64,000 nucleotides of DNA. It comes from Octopus vulgaris (lineage: Eukaryota). The notes under the pieces were generated by a model that made no database searches, was not told the origin of the DNA, and worked only from the letters and a program-made list of their open reading frames with translations. The stretch's first letter is position 1; each line of letters opens with the position of its first letter. The stretch is from assembly GCA_951406725.2 (NCBI GenBank), contig OX597817.1, positions 37,758,001-37,822,000 of the forward strand. The letters run 5' to 3'. Positions 26,472 through 40,585 of the stretch are shown here, piece by piece. A program made the position numbers and the translations under genes.

Positions 26472-26750
26472 CACAAACATGCATGCATACATACATGCAT
26501 GTATGCATGCATACATCCATCCATCCATCCATCCATTCATCCATACATAAAAACATAGATTCATACATCCATCTATCCATCCATCCATACATACATACAT
26601 ACATACCTACATCCATCCATCCATCCATCCATCCATCCATCCATCCATCCATACATACATACATACATACATCCATCCATCCATCTATCCATCCATACAT
26701 ACATACATACATACATACATACATACATACATACATCCATACATACATGA
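26430..26750. repeat. (GATA)n/(CATC)n/(CATA)n microsatellites
   Basis: Direct reading. Confidence 0.95.
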
Positions 26751-28119
26751 CGTGGGTATACACGTCTGGTTTAAAATGGTATTACACAAATAAATAGTTG
26801 GTTATAGTTATCTAAAAATAACCTATCACAGAAATATAACATAGAATGCGGTCTGTACAATGCTCAGTATTCACTGTTCAACTACTGATTGTTAAACCAA
26901 CATGGTCGAACTAACACCGTCGACTACTCTTTTCTTTATTAGGCATAAAGCCCTAAATATAGAGTGGACACTATGAGGACAGACAACACAAACGTGGGGT
27001 ACATATAAAAATTAGTGAATGATTTATGAGATGTAAAAATAAAATTATAATGATAATGAAAATGGCTTTCTACCAACCAAAGTAGAAATTTGCATTTTAC
27101 TGTTTTTACTGTTTAGTTTGTATCTTTGTTACTGTTCAAACACCATCAACTACTTCCATGATAGTTCACTCAGTTCTTATTTATTTGTAATCAGTGAGTT
27201 CGCCTTCAGTCATGTGGGGGTGTTCAGGATTCTCCCATAAAAATAACACAGTATTCAATGTTCTGAGATTGAGGAAGAAGTCGTAAAGAATGTTGATGTT
27301 AAAAGGGTGATAGAGGTAGAAAAGGGGATTGAGAAGGTTATGGAGGAGGAAGAGACAGAAGGAAGCATACTAGAAGGCTTTTTTTTTTTCCAATTAAGTA
27401 GAACAGCAATAAAAAGAAATGGCGACACGAACCGAAAGGGAAGAAGTGGCACCAAGAGCAGAACATGGCAAACGAACAAGAAGGCAGAGAAAATATGATT
27501 GGAATTTTGTGACGTATGCCAAAGATGTAAACACAGAGAAAATGATAACCAAACTGAAATTAATTATAAGGGTGAAGTTACCCAAAGACATGTACAGGGA
27601 AAATGTGAAAGCAATTTTGATCGACAAGGAAAAGTATAGCAGGTTGAAAGAAAAATGTAATGTTGAAACACCAAGATTCTTGGTGGAGTTTGATGAACTA
27701 CCACCAGTAGTTGAACTAAGAGAAATAGAGCCATATATAAGGTATTAAAAAAGAGAGTAAATTGTGGTTTAAAAAAAAAAGGAGAAAAAGAGAGTAAAAC
27801 AAAATTATGCTAATAGGAAAAAAAATGGAAAAAGATTATAAACGTAAAATAAGAATGTTCAAATGGTACTGTATGTGAGTGGAGTGCATGCAGCCATTTC
27901 ATCACCATTGATTTCATTGTACATTTTACCGTTTTTCATTCGTTTTATGTTTTTTGTCCCCACTGTGATGTTCTGTCTGTCTTTGTGCTGTGCCCTCTGT
28001 GTTATGGCCATAGTGCCAAATAAAGAGATCATATTCATGACAAGTTAGATATAAAGATCGCCTTTTGGTAAAAATTCTGCTTTCATTGCTAATACTTATC
28101 TTTTCAAATGTAATTTCAG

Positions 28120-28312
28120 ATTCAATAATCAAAGATGTTCATAAACTGCCAGCAATTATTACATGTGCTGCATTAAATCTAGCCTTTACATTATCTTCTC
28201 TAACAGCTGAGGAGATTTTGCCAATGGTCCAGTTAGTAATTTTTAGTGTACTACCATTGTGTGAGGATGAAAGATTTTGGATTGAAGATTTTGGCAGAGG
28301 TCTAAACCCAAG
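28120..28312 (+). CDS. NOXRED1: NOXRED1-like exon 4
   Basis: AATTTCAG| acceptor; DSIIKDVHKLPAIITCAALNLAF...EDFGRGLNP with conserved AALN; donor AG|GTGAGA; phase 1 to 2. Confidence 0.85.
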
Positions 28313-28609
28313 GTGAGATATGAGGATTAAGACAAAACAAATTTTTAAGGTATCTGGGGAGACAGATGAGGGGTTTGTATTAACAAAACTTCATTTAAAA
28401 GAGAAATTGTAGATTGTTGATGTGTTTGAGTTGCTGTGAAGAGTAAAACGTCTGACAAGGACTAAATTGGGTGATAGGGGTGGGGTGGGGGCTAGCTAAT
28501 TACATCAACCCCAGTGTTCAACTGGTACTTAATTTAGCAACCTCAGAAGGATGAAAGGCAAACCCCAGTGCTCATATGGTACTTATTTTATCGACCCAGC
28601 AAAGATGAA

Positions 28610-29120
28610 AGGCTAGAGAGAGGCAAGACATCGTATGAGCACAAACCACAGAGAGTGGCAGAGTCAGAGACTAGCAAAATCCTCTGGGAGTTCCCAATCC
28701 AAACAGATCAGCTGTTAGAGCATAACAGACATGACCTGGTGGTGCTATATAGTTGATGTTGCATGCTCCTTTGACCGACGAATAGCCAAGAAGGAAGACG
28801 AAAAGACAGATAGGTACAACTTTCTTAAGTATGAAATAGCCCAGCTATGGAAAATGAAGAAGGTGAAAATAGTGCCAATTATTGTTGGGTTCTTGGGAAC
28901 AGTATCAGAAGGCATCAAGAGGAATATAAAGGAAATTGGAATAGAATGCCCAGTAGAACTGTTGCAAAAGGTTTGCCTCCTTGGCACAGCCAGAATAATC
29001 AGGAAAGATAGCTGAAAACAAATAGCATGGTACCATAGGCTACAGTTAGTAAGCCTGCTATGCATGCAAGACTCCAGGAGCTCCAACAAAACCTGTGATA
29101 AAGAGAAATTAATAATAATC

Positions 29121-29149
<29 letters not shown>
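28610..29149 (+). mobile_element. R4/Dong-like non-LTR 3' fragment (restriction-like endonuclease) with (TAA)n tail
   Basis: KILWEFPIQTD..EHNRHDLVV, IVDVACSFD, K..RY..LK.EI..LW, VPIIVGFLG. Confidence 0.8.
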
Positions 29150-29151
<2 letters not shown>

Positions 29152-29626
29152 TTCACCGAAAATGAGAACTGCAAAATCCTGTGGGATGTAATGATCAAGT
29201 GCAATCACCTGACCAGACATAAGAAACCAAACATTGTGGTGAATAAAAAAGAAAGAACATGTATGATTATTGACATAGTATGCCCCTGGTGACAACAGGA
29301 TCAATGTGAAAGAAGAAGAAAAAGTAAACAACTATGATGATTTAAAGTGGGGAAATATGAAGGTTGTGGTTAATGAGGAGAGTAGACATGATACCAATAG
29401 TAATTGGGTGCACTTGGAAGTATCGGCACTTAACTACTAGCATGGCGGAAAAAGATCTGTGCGAGTGTAAAGGTAGAACACCTACAAAAATCAGCATTGC
29501 TTGGAACTGCAAGAATTCTTTGCAGAGTTCTTAAAGTAAGACTAGTAAACAAGTGTCACCTTAGTCTGCTGGCTGTGGACAGCTGACACTTTCCATCATA
29601 ACCAGCAAAATAAGTTGTGAGTTTTC

Positions 29627-29672
<46 letters not shown>
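29150..29672 (+). mobile_element. Second R4/Dong-like RLE 3' fragment with (TAA)n tail
   Basis: ENCKILWD, RPDI, IIDIVCPGD, IPIVIG, LQKSALLGTARIL remnants. Confidence 0.75.
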
Positions 29673-29674
<2 letters not shown>

Positions 29675-29676
<2 letters not shown>

Positions 29677-31055
29677 TAGCCATAAATTCCTTAGCAGTCC
29701 CAATTGTTCTTTATAGCTTCAATGTGCTTAACTGCAATACCAGTGAAATAATGAAAATTGACAGAAAAATCCGCAAGCTAGCGACTTGTAATAAAGATAG
29801 ACGTGGATCGTCTTTACCTTCCCAGAGCTCAGGGAGGTCGAGGCTTGATTCAGCTTGAACTTACATACAAACCTACCACAATCGGACTGGCCAAATACCT
29901 TGAAGCAACCAACGATTGGATGCTAAAACTTGTTGAAAAACATGAAAGACTGAAAAAACTTCACTATATTCTGAAAGAGAGCAAACTGATCACTTAGATA
30001 CCTCCCAGATCAATCAGGTTGAAGGAAATGTGCCAAATGTTGCTGCAAAGAAAAGAAAATTAATTGCAAAGACAAAAGCACATGAAAAATTAGCTAGCAG
30101 ATGTGAACAGAAACCTCTGCATGGCAAGTATGTGGCCCGTAGCAAACAAGCTGATGTCGACCAGAAACGCACGCACCAATGGTTACGAAGCTCAGGGCTA
30201 AAAGCGGAGAGTGAAAGTTTCATATTAGCAGCTCAAGACCAAAGCTTATTAACCCGGAACTACCAAGCCAATGTGATAAAATATGGAGCAGACCCAAAAT
30301 GCCAATTCTGTAACGATGAGATTGAAACTATAGACCACCTAATCTTAGGGTGTAGGGTCTTAGCACCTGTAGAATATAAAGCAAGACATGACAGAGTCGG
30401 CCAGTATTTACACTGGACAATATGTCGGCATTATAAAATCAAAACCGCTGACAAATGGTATAAACACCATCCTGAAGCTGTGACTGAAGGAGAAAATGTG
30501 TCGATTCTATGGGACTTACCCGTACATACCGACAAAACTATAAAAGCCAATAAACTGAATATTATTATAAAAGATCAGACAAAAAGGATGTGTTTATTAA
30601 TTGACATGAGTGTTCCTTGCGATCACAATAAAGTGGTGGAAGAATTTCAGAAGATCAGTAAATATAAAGACTTGCTAATAGAAACTGAAAAAATGTGGCA
30701 TTTCAAGGCGACTACAATACCAGTGATTGTAGGAGCTCTAGGAATGATAAAAAAAAGGTACTGAAACCTATTTGAAAATGATACCAGGCTTACCATCACT
30801 ACAAGAAGTGCAAAAAATCGTGTTAACTTAGAAGAGCATTATCGCTGTGAAAACAACATCCATTCATGAATTTATTTATTTATTAATTTTTATTAAATAC
30901 ATATTTTAATTGTGAATTTGCATTGTAATCTGGGAATGTATACAATGAGCTTCTCTGCCCTAGGTGTACGGCAAACACTCGGCGAGAAATGGAAGAAAAT
31001 TTAGAGAAAGGAGGAAAAAAAAAAAAAAAAAAAAATAATAATAATAATAATAATA
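29675..31055 (+). mobile_element. Third R4/Dong-like fragment (RT C-terminus, CCHC finger, RLE)
   Basis: DRLYLPRAQGGRGL; LHGKY; AAQDQ; CQFC..ETIDHLILGC; RHD; ILWD; LIDMSVP; KYKDL; IPVIVGALG; ends in A/(TAA)n. Confidence 0.88.
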
Positions 31056-31056
31056 A

Positions 31057-31268
31057 TCATCATCATCATCATCATCGTTTAACGTCCGTTTTCTGCGCTA
31101 GCACGGGTTGGACGGTTCGACCAGGGTCTGGGAAGCCAGGGTCTGGGAAGCCAGGGGCTGCACCAGGCTCCAGTCTGATCTGGCAGTGTTTCTACAGCTG
31201 GATGCCCTTCCTAACGCCAACCACTCCGCGAGTGTAGTGGGTGCTTTTTACGTGCCACCTGCACGTAA
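31057..31268 (-). mobile_element. RTE 3'-tail element
   Basis: (CAT)n plus reverse complement of the RTE 3'UTR, with a 16-bp internal duplication. Confidence 0.85.
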
Positions 31269-33021
31269 ACAACAACAACAACAACAATTGTTTCTGATTT
31301 AGGCACAATGCTGACCATTTTGAAAGTAGGGAATTAGTCAATGCCATCAACCTTGGTACTAGGCTGGTACTTTTATTTGAGCAACACTGAAAGGATGAAA
31401 GGCAAAGTTTTCGCATTTCTCCATCCATTTACAATTTTTATGAAAAGCAGATGTGAAAAAAATCTTATTGTTTTTCTATTGCAATGACATTTTCAAATGC
31501 TTCTTCAACTTTTGTAATGATTATCTAATGATATCCCTTTAAACTTCTTTTGAGCTTAAGAGAAGAAATCCAAACCATATTTTTGAAGTCAAACCTATAA
31601 GGAATTGTGAAGAATTGTGAAATGATTTTGACAAATCAGTTCAGCGCAAATAAAACTGCTATTGCTGGTGCATCATCATGATAAAACAAAATTCCACTTG
31701 TTAATTTTGCCCATTATTTGTTGAATTCTATTTCTTAGTATATTAATTACTGTCACTTAATGTTGACCTTTCATAGTTTCACTTTCATTGAGATATTCAA
31801 TAGGAATAACATCCTTTGGGATTGTAAAAAATACTTGCTATTACCTTGGTTCAAACTGAATATGTTGTTAATGGTTTGATGGAATACAGAACCCTTTCAT
31901 TGCTATATTTCTGATGGAATACAATGCCTTTGTTTCAATTAGATTTTAAAAGAATGAAGAATTTAGTGAAATAACTGACATTATTTAGCTTGTGTTTAGA
32001 GGCCATTCAACCCGTTAAACGATGATGATGATGATGATGATGATGATGGTGTGTGTGTATATGTGTGTGTTGTGTGAGGATGGCATATCAAAGAAGAAAC
32101 TGAACATTCCCTCTGTGTGTCATAGAAGTTGACTAAAAGAGGTTGAGTTAGGATTTGCACTCAAAGAAATATAGTTGAAAGAAATATTAAGCTGGAGCTT
32201 GGAACATAAATTACTATATCTGATGGCATAAAAAGACTCATGAGCATATTAGACAGATCCCCATTTCTGTAGGACATATCCAGGAATAATTTTTTAGTGC
32301 AATAAAGCATGTAATGTAGGCTCAACTTCACGTAGAGGAGGGCCTGGGGTGATTTTTTGAGACAGTTTTTTTGGTTTTTGCAAAAAATATGTCTTATATA
32401 CCATTGAATACAAAACAAAAATTTTGATGGAAGATTTTAATTCAAATCACTTTCAAACAGGAAGTTTATATCATAGAACTAGCAGCAGTCTCAGTTGGGT
32501 TGGCTTCTAAAGGGTTAAATTATCACTTGCCTGAATATGTTTACTTTATTGTATCTGCAGAACCATATCTCATCACTGGCAACAGTTATTGAGAAATATT
32601 TTAGGGGATCACAATTTAAAAAATGCTAATGTGTTGCCCAACTCAACTTTTTTTCATGGATGAAATATTATAATTATCAAAACGAGAGGAAATCCATCTC
32701 CTGCTGATATAATTCATCTTCAGATGGCCGTGGAGTATTTGTTGACCAGAACTTTTCCTTATGTTCAATTCAGATGCAATGCTTCTTGTTGTGAACTTTG
32801 CATCTGCTCCAGTTTATATTTTCACTAACCCATAGCTTTCTTCAATTATCGAAGTTGAAGGATTTCCATAACAATACTGATCAACATTGAATCCTGGCAT
32901 TCTATACAGTGTTTCTTCTACTTTTGAATAGTTCATGAAGCCTTTAGATTACTGCCATAAACTTTAAGTAAATAATTTTGAGTAACCCAAATTCATTCAT
33001 TCATTTATTTTCTTTTTGCAG

Positions 33022-33199
33022 TTATGTTGTCAGCATGTTAAAAGCGCAAAATAATGTAACTTCCCTGCTTAAGAAAGTGAGGAGAAGCATTATTCTTCAA
33101 GAGGGATTCATTAAGGTATTTATGCAATGTTGCTATGTACCTGCTCATAAAGAGGAAACTGAGTGGCATGACATCAAGAGAAGTTTGACGATCGAGTAA
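33022..33199 (+). CDS. NOXRED1: NOXRED1-like last coding exon
   Basis: TCTTTTTGCAG| acceptor, phase 2 compatible; SYVVSMLKAQNNVTSLLKKVRRSIILQEGFIKVFMQCC...TIE*; total CDS 1086 nt (361 aa), close to vertebrate NOXRED1 length. Confidence 0.75.
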
Positions 33200-33396
33200 G
33201 CATCATAAGAATTAAGATAACAGTTTGAAAACAGTATGAATTTTACATGCTCGCATGCACACACACAGACGTGCGCACACACACACACACACATACACAC
33301 ACACACATACATACACATACATACGTACATTATGGTATGTTTGATGTATAGGTTAACATATCATGACAACTATTTCAATATCTGACAATCATTGCA

Positions 33397-33612
33397 AGGC
33401 GGCGAGCTGGCAGACTCGTTAGCACGCCGGGCGAAATGCGTAGCCGTATTTCGTCTGCCGTTACGTTCTGAGTTCAAATTCCGCCGAGGTCGACTTTGCC
33501 TTTCATCCTTTCGGGGTCGATAAATTAAGTACCAGTTACGCCCTGGGGTCGATGTAATCGACATAATCCGTTTGTCCCCCTCTGTGTTTAGCCCCTTGTG
33601 GGCAGTAGTGAA
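33397..33612 (+). mobile_element. Family A SINE (CpG-rich, probably young)
   Basis: Full head and central domain. Confidence 0.88.
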
Positions 33613-34933
33613 ATACATATCTGACACTCTTCAGACAATATAAAACCAGCATCTTCCATCATCCATCATAAACATCATCTTTTTTACTGCCTACTTTTCC
33701 ATGTTTGCATGGGTTACATGTAAGTACACTGCAGCAGAGGCTCTACAGGCAGAAACCCTTCTTGATGTCAAACCCTTCTTGTTTCCAAGTTGGGTAATCA
33801 TCTCGTAGTCTATCAAATATCAAACACCTTGGACATGTTTTACATAGAGAGCAGGAAATAACTGATCCCATGTTTATGAGTCCTTTTTTCTTTTTTACAA
33901 AATCAGACATGTCAAGATATATCAAGTAGTCTGGATATGTTTTTGTGGTGAACTTCAGTCATATGACACCATCAAGAAGTCATTATTAACAAACCAGTAA
34001 AAGCAAGGAAAATGCAAACTTACACAGACACACAAATATATAATGGGGTTCTTTTAGCTTCCACCTACCAGATCCATTCACAAGCCTGGGGTTATAGTAG
34101 AAGATACTTGCTCAAGGTGCCATGCATTGGGACTGAACCAGAAACCATGTGGTTGGGAAGCAAACTTCTCGACCACACTGACACACCAAGAAGTTTGCTT
34201 TACAAACATGTGGGTCCGAGTTTGATCCTACTGTTCTAGCCTCAGGTTAACCAATAGCTTGAGAGTATAAATTTGATTGACAGGAACATTACAGAAATTC
34301 ATTACACACACACACAAGCACATGTGTGTATCATCATCATTTAACATCTATTTTCCATGCTGGCATGGGTTAGATGATTTGACTGGAGCTGATAAGCCAG
34401 AGAGCTGTGCCAAACTTGTTTTAGTTTGGTTTCTATGGCTGGATGCCCTTCCTAATGCCAGCTGTTTTACCAAGTGTACTAGGTGTCTTTTATAACACCC
34501 ACCAGCATGGGTGCCCTTTTATGTGTCACCAGCACAGGTGCCTTTTTTGTGTGTCACCGGCACGGATGCCTTTTACAAGTCACAGACATGTAATATAGGT
34601 GCAGGCTTGGCTGTGTAGTTGAGAAGTTTGCTTCCCAACAACAGGATTTGGGGTTCAGCCTCACTGTGTGGCACCTTGAGCAAATTCCTCCTTTGAAGAT
34701 TTTGACAAAGGTCTAAGCTCAAAGTGAGGTGTGAAGATTAAAATAATACAAGTGTAGGCTGGGCTGATTGGGCAACTACTGAAATAAAAAATAACGGTGT
34801 ACAGAGGGATCGACCATAATGAAGAAATATATAAAAGAGAGAGTGTAGAATTAGTTAAACTTCTCTAATTTGCTACTTTCTTTTCTTTTATTGTCTCTTC
34901 TTCTCATTTTACTTTTATTATTACAATATTTTA

Positions 34934-35105
34934 AGGTGGTGAGCTGGCGAAATCATTAGCATGCTGGACGAAATGCTTAGTGGCATTCTGTCTGTCATTA
35001 CGTTCTGAGTTCAAATTCTGCCGAGGTCAACTTTGGATTTCATCCTTTCTGGGCTGATAAATTAAGTACCAGTTGCGTGCTGGGGTCAATCTAATCGACT
35101 AGCCT
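34934..35105 (+). mobile_element. Family A SINE
   Basis: Head and central domain. Confidence 0.8.
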
Positions 35106-37551
35106 CGTCCTTTTGCTTCCAATCATCTCTGGAAACATGTCTGGCCACACGAAATATTACCTTACTTGAAAACAGATGAAGGTCGGTGACAGGAATGGAA
35201 TCCAGCTGTAGAAAACCTGACTCAACAAACTCTGTCTGATTCATGCAAACACAAAAAAGTGGTCTTAAACTGATGATGAAGCTGATGATGATGATGATAT
35301 GTTTATATATAACAAGACTTATGAAGTAGACATATATACTATATATAGAATGAATCTAAAATGTTTGATAATTTATAACATTAGGTGAATATACTCACAA
35401 ATTTATTTATTTTCTCAAAGTTTAAAGATTCAAAGATTTAGGTCATCTAAATCTAAAAATGGTTTTTATCCAGTCTATATACAAATTATATTTGTTCTAT
35501 CAGTGTACTTTTGTTCTTCACAGGATTTTGAAAACTGTCTGATAGTTACTTTGTTATATAAACTTAATATAATCAATGCTTTGAGGTCAGAAATAATAGG
35601 TAGCACTTACAGACACTTCCAACAGGGAAGAAATAAAAGCAATTCTGAAGAGCAAACATTGCCAAATTTAGCAGTAGTTAATGATAGAAATATCTTGCTT
35701 TAAAATCTATTTTGACAACTGGATTATAAAAGAGATCTGATGCAGAACAATAGGTAGTAATACCAACTCAAGGAATGCTAAATTTAATGAATGGCATCAC
35801 TTGAAAATTTATCTGCCAAATATAAATTACATATCTTCACATCTATTCTAAAATTTCCTTATACTGTTCCTCAAGTCAATGTTTTAAAGCTTCTTACAAC
35901 CAATAATTTATGGAGTTAGAGTATAGCATATTTAATTGACTTTAGTAGATTATAGGTGCTGATGGTAGATTCTAGGTGTTTGTGTAATGAATCTTAGATG
36001 ATGTGAACACTTAACTGAATGAAACAAAACTAAATACTGTAGTAATACATTTCCTCTGGTTTCATTCTATTGGCCATTTTTACTGTCTATGACCTTAATT
36101 ATTGATTCTTTACTTTGACATGGAGAGAAGTTTTCACAGAGAAATAGTTCAGTCAATGGAATCAATCTCAGGATATTATTGGTGCTTATTATATTGACTC
36201 ATATCTTATTACCAGTACTGTATTGTCATGGCCAAGACATAATTCACAATGGCTCGACCCATCTAGTTTTCTGTAGACCAATGTTTCTGCTAAGCTGTGT
36301 ACTTGTGCATGCACACACATATTTTACAACTAAAGCACACAGGAAACAATAAATGCAAAACAAGATGAGCACACAAGATTTTCAAGATGAAATCGAATTT
36401 TTTTACAATTGAAGATGGTTACTTGCATGGATGCTCTCTTACTTTGCAAAGAAAGACAAAATTTGTACAGAAGCAAATTTCTCATACGCCCACAGCAAAC
36501 TATTAGAAGAAATACTGATGCAAGCTCTTTGCAATTTAGCCCCAGGTCGACATTTATTGAATAGATCCATAGTTAATAATATTCTAGTCATGTCCATCCG
36601 ATCTTCCTTTGAAAATATATTGGACTATGGTATCCGAATTGTTTATTTCTTTTCCAATGGGTTGTCAAAGATACTCCCACTCATCTTTTCTGTGTGTTTT
36701 GGTGCTGGAACCATTGTTATGGAAACTGGAGACATTGAAGGATATCCTATTTAAATTGAGACATAAAAGAGCTGTGTCTATATATGTACACAATGTTAGC
36801 ATTATTGTGTCAAACACATTGGAAATAAAGGTAGCTGGCACCATTCTGGAGGTTGTTCTATATTTTTAAAACTATTATTATCTATTTATTAATGCATACC
36901 CTCTCCAATCCCTAGACCACTCACCATCACATCTTTACATCTCTCTCTCCCTTCTTTCATTCTCTCCATTCTCTCCCCACTTGAAGCTGCCTTATTTCCC
37001 CTTTAATGCAAGACATTTTTTTTTTCTGTTCTTCAACAATCCCCACTTCAGTTGAGGGGTTTTGTCTTGCAAGTTACCTGGTGACTTCCCTGCTGCTGAC
37101 ACCACATTTAAACTGTAAAGTGGTTTGGGCCTTAGGTAGGACATCCAGCTATCGAAACCATGCCAAAGCAGACAGCAGGGCGTGGTGCAATCTTCTGACC
37201 TGTCATTTCCTGTTGAACTGTCCAACCCATACCAGCATGGAAAACAGGTGTTAAATGTTGATGATGACGATGATGATGATGAAGAGGAGGAGGAGGAGGA
37301 GGAGGATTTTATTATTACTGAAATCATTCTTTTACGCAATGTAGAACTCAAGCCATTTTTATATATTATTTTCTTTTGTATTCCACCTTCGTACTGTATC
37401 CAATATCTCAGGCCTTTATTGCAAATAAAAGAAACCATTACTTACTATTATCACCATGTTGTTGTTGTTGTTATTGTTGATCACTGGAATCTGCTAGTTC
37501 CTGAATAAATAAGTAACAGTGACATTTCCCATCATTTAGAATTCAGTTAAC

Positions 37552-37674
37552 TACTACTAAAACCACCACCACCACCACCACCACCACCACCACTACCACT
37601 ACTACTACTACTAGAGCTACTACTACTACTATTACTACTACTACTACTACTACTACTAGAGCTACTACTACTAT

Positions 37675-37706
<32 letters not shown>

Positions 37707-37709
37707 GAG

Positions 37710-37745
<36 letters not shown>

Positions 37746-37748
37746 GAG

Positions 37749-37790
<42 letters not shown>

Positions 37791-37817
37791 GAGCTACTAC
37801 TACTACTACTAGAGCTG

Positions 37818-37895
<78 letters not shown>

Positions 37896-37905
37896 GAGCT
37901 ACTAC
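37552..37905. repeat. (CCA)n/(CTA)n microsatellite with periodic AGAG interruptions
   Basis: Direct reading; source of the poly-V/poly-S ORFs. Confidence 0.95.
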
Positions 37906-38195
37906 TGCTTCTTCTTTTTCTCCTTCTTTCCCTCTCTCTCTGAAAGAAATCATCTGTGATCAGACTTGGAAAGAGATAGGCTACGTCAGGGTTAAAATAC
38001 CCACGACAAGGTGTGTGGCACAAGTGCACCCCAGGGACACCATGTAGAGATGAGAGCCCAAGGAAGGAAGGAAGAAATACAACAAATGCAGATTTGCTGG
38101 TATATGATGGACATGTGAGTAAAAGCAAATAAACTGATGGGGAGGTGGGGTTGAACTGTGTGGGCAACTTATACAGTGATGTACCTGAGTTCAGG

Positions 38196-38678
38196 TGTAG
38201 GAGTGGCTGTGTGGTAAGTAGCTTGTTTACCAACCATATGGTTCTGGGTTCAGTCCCACTGTGTGGCACCTTGGGCAAGTGTCTTCTACTATAGCCTCAG
38301 GCTGACCAAAGCCTTGTGAGTGGATTTGGTAGATGGAAACTGAAAGAAGCCTGTCATATATATGTTATCAAGTGATGTTGGGGGGACAAACACAAACACA
38401 CAAACACACATCATCATCATCATCATGGAGAACGGACGTTAAACGATGATGATGATGATGATGATGTGTTTGTGTGTTTGTGTTTGTCCCCCCCCAACAT
38501 CACTTGACAACCGATGCTGATGTGTTTACATTCCCGTAACTTAGCAGTTCGGCGAAAGAGACCGATAGAATAAGTACTAGGCTTACAAAGAATAAGTCCT
38601 GGGGTCGATTTGCTCGACTAAAGGCGGTGCTCCAGCATGACCACAGTCACATGACTGAAACAAGTAAAAGAGAAAGAG
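38196..38678 (+). mobile_element. Family B SINE with an internal inverted duplication and RTE-tail stub
   Basis: Head 38196-38360; inverted arms ~38364-38425 and ~38447-38511; tail to 38678. Confidence 0.85.
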
Positions 38679-40369
38679 TTCATTTGCTACGAAGGGAAGA
38701 GGAATCAAACATTTTGAGACTGACCCTTTGTTTGATAAAAAAGAAAATTTTCGACATATTCATTCACACCATGTTGTTGTTGATGTCGATGTTGATGGTT
38801 TTTACCAACCTTAAATCAGACCAGATTTAGTAAACCTATAATCAAAGGAGTTGTAGTGATAATAATTCCATCTGCTTTCTGAGACAACTGGGTGTGGTTT
38901 GATTGGAATTTGGCTGCTATTTTTAAAAAGATTGAGTGCCTACAGAGTGGCTCCCTTATTGACCTTGCGACTGCTTGACATAACTATGCATTATGCCATT
39001 AGCATAATACATAATTATATTGAGATGCCTTAATTAGGAAGTAAAGCTTGCTTGCTTAATCATAGCATAATTGTAGTTGAAATTTGTCACATGCTTTTTT
39101 TTTACCTCCAAGACAAATAATGAGCATTATAGACAAGTATTGAAGGGTTAATTCTAAAAACAAGTACATGAAATTACTTACATTGCAAAATTTGCTTGGC
39201 ATTCCTTCTGCATTATGCACGTATAGTTAAGTATATAAACTAACATATTTGAACTAGTAAGGCAAAAATATATTTTAATCAAATAAAATACATGTGTAAT
39301 GAGAAGATAAATCACTAGTATTAATGGTAACTCATGTCAAAAGGAACAAGGGAGATGACACTGAAATACAAATTGATTAAAAATTAAATGTAGACATGCA
39401 AGGGAGAGTAAATCTTAACTGTAACAGTTACAATGACAACTGGAAGACAAAGTAAAATGAAATTTTCAGTGTTCCTATACCCATCCATTGATGTTGATTT
39501 TGCTGTGGAGAAATGTGTGGAGGTGATCGCAAGAGTGATGTGGAGTTCTGTGGTGCTGACACTGAAGAACTAGGCCACCTCATTTCTGCCCCACATTTTT
39601 TCTTCTTTCACATTGATCCTGTCATCACTGGGGGGGGGGGGGGCATACTACGTCGATAATCATACATGTTCTTTCTTTTTTATTCACTGCAATGTTTGAT
39701 TTCGATAAGAGGTAGATCCCCCACCTGCACTATAACTTCTATGGTCAAGAAGACCCCTAAAGAGAGATGGACCAGAGCTATACGGACCCCTGAAAATAAT
39801 GATCAGGTTGAAAAGATGGTAACACATGCAGTTGGTGCGAGTACCAAGACCACATTCAAGGTCATAAATCTAAGTTTAATAACAAGATATATGCCCAAGA
39901 GGATGGTGCAGCCATCAGTGTCAGTATTGCTGGCAATATGGCTAACCTATTTATGGTATGGTAGGATAGGAGACTTAAAGAGAAATTAGCAGAGAACTCC
40001 ATAAACCTAACCATGCATTCCCGTTACTTACCACACAGCCACTCCTGCGCCTATAGTAAGCTACTTACCATACAGCCACTCCTGCGCCTATGAATCAATA
40101 TGAATCAATAAATATTATTTTTGACAAAAAAATCTGAAATACCTAAGACATGTCATAACCTATGATGGTGCCCCTGCAACTCTATCATAAGTTAAAAGCA
40201 CCCCTCTAAGATGTACAAGTTAGAGGAGACATTTACCACAAACAACCAGTCTAGTACTGGTGGCATAGGTTTGTTCAGGATGACCTGGACTTAAACAACA
40301 ACATAGAACCGATAAGGAGGCTACCATCTTAAAAATAGAAGGATATACGGATGCAGAGATAATGTAATT

Positions 40370-40585
40370 ATATTTCTTTATTGCCCACAAGGGGCTAAAC
40401 ATAGAGGGGACAGACAAAGGGATTAAGTCAATTACATAGACCCCAGTGCGTAACTGGTACTTAATTTATCGACCCCGAAAGGATGAAAGGCAAAGTCGAC
40501 CTTGGCGGAATTTGAACTCACAACGTAACAGCAGACGAAATGCGGCTACGCATTCCGCCCAGCGTGCTAACGTTTCTGCCAACTC
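40370..40585 (-). mobile_element. Family A SINE
   Basis: Reverse-complement copy. Confidence 0.85.

Noticed and set aside
36431-36869. 107-aa + strand ORF and a possible minus-strand exon (EDRMDMTRILL...FFAK, ~36442-36607)
   Set aside because: No recognisable motif and no partner exons; left unassigned
37543-38278. 243-aa poly-Ser and 136-aa poly-Val ORFs (also poly-M/D/S at 49.1 and 57.6 kb)
   Set aside because: Trinucleotide repeats plus SINE sequence; no splice or homology support
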